NCBI GenBank assembly: GCA_002633005.1
Contig: NMRA01000178.1
Coordinates: forward strand, 282,520 to 346,519
DNA length: 64,000 nucleotides
Direction of reading: 5' to 3'
Source: Phoronis australis
Lineage: Eukaryota; Animalia; Phoronida
Under the pieces are notes generated by a model. That model saw only the letters and a program-made list of their open reading frames with translations. It made no database searches and had not been told where the DNA came from. Below, piece by piece: positions 53,701 through 64,000 of this stretch. Every line of letters begins with the position of its first letter. The stretch's first letter is position 1. Position numbers and translations under genes: made by a program.

Positions 53701-56700
53701 CCGAATTTAATTACAAAGAAAACGGGTGGAATAACATATAAACAAAAAATGCACGAAAACAACGTTAAAATGGAAAATACCCGACTGAATGAAGGTAAGA
53801 TTCCAAAATATATCCTATTTTAGCCAACACCAGAATATAAAGAACATGCAGTTTACAGTATTGGAAATCTTTCTGATGGTGAGCAAGGAAATATGAGCTT
53901 CTGAATGGCCTAACAGACTACAGTACAACGGCTGTCCAAAACAAATTTGATGAAGGAATTAAAATTTTAGCATGCTTGCACCATTTTGTGCATCAGAACA
54001 GTAAGTTGTAAAGAAAACTCTCCACACCCTATAGGGGCCAACCCATTCTTGTCTCGATTAAATCGTGCTTTGACACAGCCATGAACAATAGCAGGAGTCT
54101 AGGATAGCAAGCAAACTAACACTATAAGAGGCCACAACAATAAGGGAGACTGAAAACAACAAAAAACACACCAACAACGCTGGTGCCAGCATGACCTTGT
54201 CCGCCAGACGACACAGCTAAAGGAGCTGCAGCATGCATGTTCTTACCAGCCGCCAACTTGGCTCTTAAGATGCTGGTTTGAGGCGCCATCTGGTGGGCTA
54301 GAGTCATTTGTGAGCTCCTGCTCGCTTCTCCGATCATCGTTTGATGTCCCTGAGATGACGACATGATGGAGGCTGGCTGACCTTTGGATTCTCCGATGTT
54401 AGTTCTCGCAACAGCCACTCGGGGCTCTCTATAACTGGCTCCTGAGTTATTTCCGGTATACAGTCTGGGTGACACAGGCTGAGAATGATTGACATTGTTT
54501 TGTAAAGGATTGAAGGAGAGATGACTAGCGCCATCATGATGGTCAGGTAAATGAGTTGTAAGAGAGGTGGTCGCCACATGACTGTTGTCATGACGAACAG
54601 CTGTGTTACAACCCCGACTTAAACTGGCTCTCCACTGCTTGAACGCTTGTGATCTCTGATATGGTGGAAAATCGAGAGGGTTTAGGACCTGAGTATCTGT
54701 GTCCACATGTCCACTTACGTAGGTTGAATGTCCTGGATATGATGGGGGTTTGGATTGAGGTAAACTGTTGTAGTGGGGTTGAGAGTAAGAGCAGGAACTA
54801 TGACTATTATGAACAACGGATAGACTTGAAGCACCGGGCACTTCATTGGTACCCACAGGTTGATTGACAGGGGTGTGGCCAGGGTATGACTGATGCTGAG
54901 AGTATTGAGGACCAGAGACATCACGCACCCCTAAAAGCGTAGTCTGAGCAGGGTGTACGGGAGGAATACCATCGGTTGTGGACTGAAACTCGGACGATTT
55001 CGACAGCTCATTGGCCATCAGATCCAGTTGTCTCAGCTCGGAGTCAGTGAACGGATGTTCCCCCAACAGCTGGTCAATAATGAGATCCTCTTCAGTCTGG
55101 GCTGATGGGGCACATGCCTCCTGCTGACTGAACAAAGCCTTGTAGTTGGTGACGGCAGCAATGCCAGCGGGCTCAACAGTCACTTCTGGCTCCAACAGTT
55201 TATCGAAGCTGGTCAGGTCAAAGTCAGAATTGGCCGGCTCAAACATTGACAAGGCTAATGAGCCTTTGTCCTTCACCTTGAGCAGGTCTTCACAGCCTTT
55301 CTCTTTATTACACATAGACAGAATTCGTTCGTTCAGTTTGTCAATGCGTTTGTTAGTCATGCGTCCCGCACTGGTACACGGGGATACAATGGCACACGGT
55401 TTGTTTTCAGAAGCAGCTTTTTGTGAAGCTTTCAGATTTGAGGCAGTGAAACTGCGGCTAGCTTCTACCTGAGAATTGAGCAAGCTGCGACTGGCTTCTA
55501 CCTGAGTGTTGAGTGACTTCTCATTCGCAATCTCCTCTTTGGACTTGGAACTTTCCATTGACTCTAGCTCTAGGTGTTTTACCATATCATTATCAAGCTT
55601 TTTTCCATTATCTCCAAAAGGTGGCTGTACTGCTGAGCAGTCACCACCATGACCACTAGATGGCACCACAGGTTCACTCAATAGCAAATTACTGGCCTGA
55701 CTAGTCGAAGCGGACATAATACTTTCTGTAATTTTATCAATGCCTTCAAATGTCACGGGCAGGATGTCTGCACTAGGAGTATGATTTTTTTCTTTGATTC
55801 TATTATTATTTTCTTGTTCAACCACACGCAATGCCCTCTGTTGAGATATGTACTGATCCTCAGTTCCTGCACAGATAGGTTTTCCCATCACTGCATTTGT
55901 AACTGCTTTGTTCACAAGATCAGTGACAGCATTGTCTAGAGAACAAATGTCGGTGCTAAGATCCTTTATTTCGTCGCAGTCCTCCGTCAATTTGTCCTCG
56001 GAGATGTGCAGAACGGAGACCTCATCGCTTTTGGTTGATTTATGCGCAAAGTCGACCACAAGGACCCCGGGGGACGAAGGCTCCCTTCCTGCCAACTCTG
56101 AAACAAAATGGCCTGGATTCAGAATGAGTACTGGACGATCGGGATATCCGAGCAACCAGTTATGAGAAAAGTGTTCAAAGCGATGAGTTTACAACAAGAG
56201 CTTTTAAGCTTAAACTGTACTGAGGCAGTGGAGTCAAAAGCTGGTGGCCCCAATGGTGAATGTTCACTCAAGCTGGGTTACAGTGAGACAAGACAGTCAT
56301 ACACACAGCGCCGTGTTAAAGATGCCAAGACAGAGCTACACCCAATCAAGCAAAGAACAAGTGGCCAATATAGGAAACAAAGATGGCAAGCTTACTAAAG
56401 CTGCTACCACAGTCACAAAGATGGCAGGCTTGCTAAAGCTGCTACCACAGTCACATCAGTTCAACCCAAAGCGGTGCAAAGTTAAGAATAAATCCCACAA
56501 CATTTGAGCGGACGAACTGAGGGTACGTGCAATGTGTACATAGAAATGGGCTTCAAATATAATCAACTTGAAAGCACAAAAACTTGCACCTTCTGTCATG
56601 AAACTACACTTGATTTAAGCCACTTATCTGACAGTGTATCATCATGTTCCACAAATGCACATTTAGACATCATTTTTAAGCTTGAGAAGCTCGTTATTAA

Positions 56701-59700
56701 GCTACAGACCTGACTAGGATCATGGTTAACGGAGGATATAATTGAACGAAACAACTGTGTGCAACAAACACTAGATTCAATCTTTATTCTTCACTGGAGC
56801 GATAAAACAACAAAATTTAGATTTAAAAAAATTCTGTTTAAAATTCAGAGCATCAGGAAAAGTACTCCCTTTGCTACAATAAAGTTCGGGGACACAATAA
56901 GAACGATGAGTCAATAGGTAACTGGACGTTCAGAAGGAGGTGAAAATGAAGAAAGGTCGCTTTTTTGACATCTGAATAAATTGAGAGCAGAAGCAGTTCA
57001 TTCACCAGGGAGTGCTCATGAGATTGCCATAATGCTGACATTCCTATAGAAATGACGTTTGCTTCAGCAGCGACAACTGATGAATTTAGAGTTCCCCACT
57101 CAAAAGCTATAAAATATGAAGACCTTCAGTACCCTGACATGTTCCACGTCTTGAATGTTTTGTAAAAAATGGTTTTACACCTGCCAACCAAGTTACCCTT
57201 CGATGCAAAACTATTCACCTTGAAAAGAGTAAAAAGAAGCTGCATAAATTGATAAAAAACTTAATGAATGATTTTCAACAACTCTGAACTTGGGTGTCAT
57301 ATGAAAAGAAAGGAATACATCAGAAGACAGCTGAGGTCGAGACAGTGAGCAAACTGTGGTGGAGCTGGAAAGGTCGTCGGACAGCTTATGATATTTTTTG
57401 CAAAGCAGTTTGAGTAAGGCATGATTAAAAACAAAACTATATCTGTCGGGGAAAGATGGATATCAACTTTGCTTAATAATGTAAGTCATGAAATGACAGT
57501 AGTCAATTAAAATATCACACGAAAGGAGGAATGAAAAGACAGTTAACGCTTAGTTCAAATCATTTATAAAATAAATAAACAAAAAGTTGTGACAAGAATA
57601 ATTACCAAGCAGGTTGCATGAGTAAAGCCTTTAATTTAATTTAATTCACATCGACTATGTGCAAAAAGTGGCAAGTGCATGAAAGATTCGTGTCACAACT
57701 GCCAGTTTAGTTCCATGGGTGACAACAGAGGGAGCAGAACTGGCAGGGGGCAGAAGCAGGCAGACATCTATCTACACAGCATACCTCGCGAGCATTCTGC
57801 GTGCTCGTCCAAGCGTACAACAGACACAGACATCTCTTCTGTGGGAAAAATAAAACTGAATGTACGCAAACATACTAATGTGACCTAGAAATGCAAGGCA
57901 ATACAACAAGAAGCGAATAATACACTACTTGGTAATGCTAATTAAACCATGGTTCACCAAGTACAAAAGTGCATGCGTTCAGATAGTCGCGTGGGACTTT
58001 CATGACATTAAGAGCAGTCCGTCATTCAGGAGAAACAGCTTCTCTCACTGTATTCAAATAGGAGGGACTCTTCTTCATTAGTGCCACCTAGTGAATTCGT
58101 ATCGAACCTACCACTAGTGAAACAAAGCATAGACACCTTGATGAAACAGAGGAGGCAAGGACAGTCCCTGAGTTCATGCTATAAGGATCCAGAAGATATA
58201 ATCCATATCAACTGCACTTGTGTCAACAGAGTACTGGTCAACCAAACATTAAAAATAGGCAATAGCGACAATCCACATTACTGTCATTCATTGGTAAGTT
58301 CCAATTTTGAAAAGCTTTCTCAGCACTGAAGTTTGTAAAAAGGTGAACATTTCAAAGCTTTTCATTTATGAGAATGGGACTTTTTGAAATAAAAGAATTT
58401 TCAGAATTTTAAAAGTTTACATTTAATGAGGACCTAAGTCTCAGCCCAAGTGTACACAAAAACACCACATTACTAAGAATGATGAGCCCAAAATTAAGGC
58501 AAACACTAATCTGCGATAAATGAAAATTACCCATGCTCAAATACAATCAATCATCGAGTTACTAGCTAAGAGACTCAGAATCGGGATTTGTTGAGTTTTT
58601 GAAATGCAGATTAAAAATGAGACCACTAAACATAGTTGGAGATGTGTGCATAACTTGGTTCTTTGTTTTTAACAGCTTGAAGATAACTTGCTTTTGTGGA
58701 TATAGGAACAGGATTTTTATAGCTAATTATTTACAGTTACCAATGCAATCAAGGATAGTTCACTCCCTTTCTCTCTTTACAAAGTAATATCACTTTAAAA
58801 GTAACTTGGACAACAAATACCACTATTTGTGATGTCACTGGACAACAGAATCATTACTTGTTCTCTAGCAAAAAATCCCACCCTCGTACCCAGGATAAAC
58901 TACAGACTGGTGAACATGCGTCCCTAGAATTCAGATTGGCTGATTTTGACATAGCAGGACCTTTGAAAAAGCGAATGTTTATTCTAGAACCATGATCTGC
59001 TCGTGCACGGTCCAGTATCCAAACACAAATACCTCAGTGTTCTCCACATCCTATTTTGACTCGTCATGACGTTGAGTTTGAATTTCCTCATGAGTTTGAA
59101 AACCTGTGCAACTAGTTTCAACTTTTAGAAGATTAGTCACCTTTAGAAAATTACAAGAAGGAAGAAAAAGGGTCACTTCAATTCATAAACATGGAGACTG
59201 TCACTTTAACAATGACTGATTATTTTAAGTTTGAGGCAGCCGCTCTAAACTCGTCACCGAAGAGCTGTGCTTTGTCACATGTTAAGAGTGGTACATTCTA
59301 CTTCTGTAAGCTGCGGCTACCAGTGTACGGAAATCATACAATCTGATTCAGTAAACACCAAAGCGGGAAGTGCCATGCCAATTCAACGGAATGGATATTG
59401 CTGGTAAAAGCATCAGCAGTAGGATGGACCAACACTAGGGAACATTGGGTCTACACTGATATAATATCACCTTCATCACATAGTTAAGCATTCAACTTTA
59501 ACAGGAGTACAGGACCATTCTCAACTTTGAAAAAACACCATTTTATTCCAAGGATAACAACCTTCAATGCATTTCTGAGAAAAATGAGCAGCCAATATTT
59601 CCAAATTCCATGATGAATAAGTACCAGAACACAAGTAATAGCCACACCTCAAATTACCATAATACCATCTCTGATTCTGCCATATTTACCCACAATGCTG

Positions 59701-62700
59701 TACACCAGTAGGGTCTAAAACCCAGCTGTGTATGACACCATGCAAATCAGAATTCCACAGCAAAATTATTTTCCCACCCGGCACTAAAATGCTAGTTAAG
59801 CCAGTTACAATGGTGATCACAAAAATCGCTCAACTGTATTGGGCATGATATTTTATTCTTTTCCACCAAAGCTCAGAAACATCTAGCAAACAAACCTTTC
59901 AAAAACTAAATCAATCACACGATGAATTTTTCTACCGCTGGGAGGAAGGGGAAAGTGGACGTCGGGATACGACTAATGACAACCACTGAAATGAAAACAG
60001 TTTTTTGGTGAAGCTGGTCACAGATTACTTTGTTTTCAGAGGACCTCACGCAGCAGCTTGGAAGAAAGCACCAAGTGTTTACAACATTAACCTTGTAACT
60101 GCCAATTTTGGTAAGTGCACTGTAACGATCCACAAAAACAAAAAGGGCTTACTGAAAGGTGTTTTTGTACAGTCAAGGGTATCAGGCATTCCACAACAAA
60201 ACTTCAATCCAATTTATTACCAGTACAAAAGAATTAATCAAAGAGTGCGATGGAAGTCACAGAAATTTAACGTTTCCTTGTACGTACTCTATTGATCTAG
60301 TTACATGACGTCATGCATAGTGGGAACATCATACTTAGTTGTTTGCACATTCCGATTTGATTGAAGGAATGTCTATGATAAAGAATACGTTTGCGCATGC
60401 AAACCACTAAATTGAAGCAAATCCATCACAAAACCAACAAGACACTTCAGGTAGATACAATTAAACTTACGTGATGCAAGACATTCATCCAAATCTGTCT
60501 ATCCCATGCAGTCAATATAACATATGTCTATATTCACTGAATTCAGCAAGTTTGTTGGCGATTGATTTTAAAATTAGGAATGTGACATTGACAAAAATTC
60601 CAAGACATAAATTTGCCAGTTTTCTGCTCTGCGAAACAATTAATTCAATTGAGATCATACAAATATCAGCAGAACAAACCAGAATTGGCATAAGAAGTCA
60701 CACAAAACTGTAAAACTGCATTGCATGGTTTTCAAGAATAATTCTCACAATACAGAAACAATCATTTGCATTGTTCAACATCAACGGATTGAATTTTGCG
60801 CTATTTCAGGAAATTTTAAACTCACCTTTCTTTTTGGTCTTCTTGGCCTTTTTCTCAAAAGAACCATCCAACTCCTTGGAAGACTTTTTGTGTTTTTTGG
60901 ACTTCTTTGACTCACTCCGCACATCACCACTTTGTCCAATGTCTGACTGAGAAGACGACTTAGTCTGATTGGCTGACATTGCACTCTCAGATGTTTTATG
61001 ATTGCTCGATTTCTCTACAGAAGACTTTCTGGCAGAACTTTCTGCACATGAGACAAGACGAGAACTTTCCTCATGCTTTTCATGTTTTTTCACTTTCTTT
61101 TTGGCTTTTACCATTTCTGAAGATGTGGACTCGGCACAGTTGGAGTTAACAGAAACTGTTGGAGTCGAATCAGTCAACATCTCCACTTTACTGCCACACT
61201 TTCCATCACCTTTTCCATTTTTCTTCTTTCTCTTATGATCACAGCTATCATAAGTTTTTTTCCGTTTCTTGGCTTTCTTGGTCTCTTCTGCACTTGCACT
61301 GGACTGAGCACTCATCGTGACTGGGCTATTGAACAGCTCCTTGAAGCTGGATGGCCTTGCTGAGCGACCTTGACCCTTCACCTTGGAATACAGGTCATTG
61401 TCAAAAACGTTAATTTTGCCAGCTTGCAAATCATCCCAGAAGGAATCGCGAACCTGCAGAGAAAACACACAGAGTTATTGAAGACCATTTTAATTAGCAA
61501 GAAAAAGCCAACTGTTCAGCTATTGATCAACAGACAAAGTATGCTGAACCACCCTCCCCCATTCCTCAAAATGTTCATTTTAAAATTACCACGCTCTATC
61601 ATGCAACCACCCTCACAATCTTTGTTCCTTAAAACATCATATTGGTGAGTGTGACCATCTCCACAACATAATCACTTTTAACTGACAAGCCGCACACTGC
61701 CTGCTTTGCCTTACAATGTTTTAAAAGACCGCCACATGGCGAGACTTACACAATGCAGCTCATTGAACATAAATAGCAAGTGCACATGACCCTAAATTCC
61801 CCTTTTAATGATCATGCCCAGGATTGAAGCCTAAGTATTTCACAAGAAGACAACACTTGGCCATTCCATACATCACCTCCTAGTAACGCAAAAAACAACA
61901 TCAAAATTTTCTCGCAAATTTGAGTGCTACCAGGAGAATTTCAAATGGCACACAAAGAATATACAGTGGAGCGCAGTTAATGTCATACCAGATAATAGAA
62001 AATGTCGGGTTATTGTTATGAAATGTCAAAAATGATTCATTTTCCATTAAACCCAGGCAAACTGCACAATGTCATGATTTACTGTCATATTACCAGATAA
62101 GTCATTAAAAATGAGCAAAAATTGATTCTCACTCGCCTATCACAAGTTACCTTCACCATTTTATTTAAAAACAAACCTAATTCATATTCAATTCATTTGC
62201 ATTTATTTACCAGAACTCAGCGTCTGGGTTAGCTGTATTACTATCAGACTTAAAAGATAAATGCGTTATTTTGAACTATACATAGTATCACGTGACTAAT
62301 CTAGTAATGGATACACAACTCATAAATGATAACTCTTCACAGTCGTCACTTGGAAAACATTCAAAGTTTAAGTTCCAAATCCACCAATTATGGTCTTGCC
62401 CCGTTCCCTTTAGCAAGATCGTTGCCAAGTCGAAACCTGCTTAATGGAATATCCCACTTATCATAATTTATCTCGAAACCGAGGGTATGACATTAAGCCG
62501 ACGTACTGTACTACAGTTTGATGAGATAGAATTGGTTCAGTTTGGTGCAATAACTTCAAATCAGTTCTCATTATATAGCTTAATTCAAATCACTCTTGAC
62601 TAAATATGCTCAGGTTCAACAGTCGTCTGGTAATGTGATCAAGAGAACTTTTCCTGGACGTTTTTTAGCAGATCAAAACCTGGGATAAGAATCTGGAGAA

Positions 62701-63766
62701 CTTATCCTTTAACTAACATCATGGGAATATTTACACTACAGTAACAATCAAAACAGGTAATTCATAAAGGTTGAACTCTTAACACAAAATTCAACAACAC
62801 TGCTCACAAAGACTGAATAAGCCCAGTAGCCTAAAGGTCATTATTACACCATGTGTTGTTACCAGGTGAACCTTGACAGACGTACCCACAGACACAAAAT
62901 AATATCATAGTATTTTTGTTACCAGGTGAAGCTTGACAGACTGACCCATTGAGACCAATGTATATCATAGTATTTTTTGTAACCAGGTGAAGCTTAACAG
63001 ACTGACCCATTGAGACAAAATAATATCATAGTATTTGTGTTACCAGGTGAAGCTTGACAGTCTGATCCATTGAGACAAATGTGTATGATAGTACTTAGTA
63101 TACAAACACCTGGGCTTGCAGGCTTATCTTTGTGCTGGAAATAAAATTATTTTTGAAATTTCCGTTCTACCTTTAATACACACTCAAAATAAGTGCCTAT
63201 AATTACGTGTTTGACTATATTATGGTTTATGTGGATGACTGTCTAATCCTAATTAGCACTCGATGGTCCCATCATTAACACTTAAGGGTATATCTGAACT
63301 TTTGAATTTGTAACTTAAATCTAAGTCATCAAGTGGAAATTGGGACTAGAAACTCACCAGCTTAAAACAGACACTTGCCTTGAATTTGCACTAAAAATAT
63401 CAAATAACATTTTGATTTCGAGTACAAAGATTAGACCATGGGCCCTAACAAGCAAACAGAAGCCCGATCCCATCAAGATGCCAACCTGGGCAAGTGTCAA
63501 GTCACATTTATCACATAAAATACAATCAACAAACATTTTGTCACATCAAAGCAGATCTCCACAACACTGCTCTCTTTAAGTAAACATGGTGCTTGTAATG
63601 AATTAAAAAACATCTCATTAGTGATTGATCTCAGACCAATGACTGGTGAAGAAGGCATTCATACACCATACTACTAACTACTACACTCTTGTCACCATAC
63701 TTTCGGTGATTCTGTAACCGCTGGTGTTGAATCAGTCTTCTGGTGTTCAGATGACAGACGTCTCGA
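44788..63766 (-). CDS. MPHOSPH8: M-phase phosphoprotein 8 / MPP8 (HUSH subunit homolog), 5'-partial; exons 63701-63766, 60826-61453, 57785-57838, 54172-56097 (large, possibly cassette), 52543-52598, 51346-51526, 50789-50973, 50378-50532, 48856-49007, 46796-46923, 45982-46068, 44788-44841
   Basis: Ankyrin repeats LKDSVKKGDYMTVSKAL...YNLEQPDATGMSLVMIAAQKGYDDILEVLVQHGASINTQQKNGNTALMYAAEQG...GETALMKAVKKG. These are followed by the MPP8-type C-terminus GVGMILFIAHA...CRFYGPCAVKSVILND...ANFVLSFSPLHNGANELIIQTVHAPTTK|AKLLVCAYRATL, which matches vertebrate MPP8 GPCSVQAVVLND...FSPVAGPNKL...VKLLIGAYRVQL. A Lys/Ser-rich region lies upstream; the chromodomain exons would lie beyond 64000. Confidence 0.88.
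49075..49339. mobile_element. MITE, inverted copy of the family at 1-272
   Basis: Reverse-complement similarity to 1-272; the right end is GAATTTTTACTGTA. Confidence 0.75.
52158..52502. mobile_element. TTAA-flanked (Kolobok-like) MITE; partial relative at ~30950-31157
   Basis: TTAAGGTTATGCAGGACC ... GGTCCTGCATCACTTTAA. The 3' half aligns with 30950-31157 (TCAGCCATTTC, CCAAATTTGGACATTTT, GGTCCTGTACAACCTTAA). Confidence 0.7.
54172..56097 (-). CDS. Giant (1926 nt, 642 codon) internal exon of MPHOSPH8 encoding a low-complexity S/P/Q/H-rich region
   Basis: Corresponds to ORF 54122..56155. Acceptor cattttgtttcag|AG (phase 1) and donor TTG|GTGTGT (phase 1), in frame with the flanking exons. The 3' boundary is uncertain: it could use CAAG|GTCATG or run on to the stop at 54122. 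Confidence 0.65.
62855..63095 (+). repeat. Minisatellite, ~4 x 59-61 bp
   Basis: The unit TTACCAGGTGAAGCTTGACAGACTGACCCATTGAGACAAAATAATATCATAGTATTT recurs at ~62859, 62919, 62980 and 63040. Confidence 0.9.
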
Positions 63767-63807
63767 CTGAAAATATAACAAAACATAACATTATGAGGAG
63801 GTGACAT

Positions 63808-63890
63808 ACACAGCATGTGAAATACATTACACAGCATGCGAAATACCTAACACAGCATGTGATGCACATTACACAGCATGTGATATACAA
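63808..63890 (+). repeat. Minisatellite, ~4 x 21 bp, next to an MPP8 acceptor
   Basis: ACACAGCATG(T/C)GA(A/T)ATACATT repeated. Confidence 0.85.
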
Positions 63891-64000
63891 CAGGGACTCA
63901 TCTAGGATTTGAAAATTGGGCGTCCAAATTCGTGAGATTGACGAGTCGTGCAAAATGTGAATCAGATGCGCGTAGCGCTGATGGGGGGGGGGGGGGGAAG

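Noticed and set aside
59410-59480. Possible C/D snoRNA on the minus strand (GTGATGA...CTGA)
   Set aside because: No terminal stem and no convincing rRNA-complementary guide.

Overview
Eukaryotic, AT-rich, intron-rich genomic DNA from what looks like a marine invertebrate draft assembly (N-gaps at 4762-4781, 23081-23169, 41345 and 51604-51814). I reconstructed the genes by hand from splice sites and homology. (1) PPIL4 (cyclophilin-RRM, minus strand, 11 exons in the window, 3' end off-window). (2) An intronless KRR1 head-to-head with PPIL4, with only 204 bp between the ATGs. (3) An unnamed 3-exon type-I membrane protein with two TSP1 repeats and prohormone-like cleavage/amidation sites. (4) A possible intronless orphan ORF. 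(5) CYB5R4/NCB5OR (plus strand, 13 coding exons, about 525 aa). (6) MPHOSPH8/MPP8 (minus strand, ankyrin repeats plus C-terminal domain, 5' end off-window), containing a 1.9-kb phase-symmetric exon. The 37.3-44.5 kb segment is a tandem duplication joined at a single N, probably two haplotypes. The most notable structures are a tandem array built from the CYB5R4 heme-binding exon plus its splice donor, Helentron-like elements carrying CTCF-like motifs every ~150 bp, a U12-type donor in PPIL4, a GC-AG intron, and several MITE families. No CRISPR array, rRNA or bona fide tRNA was seen.
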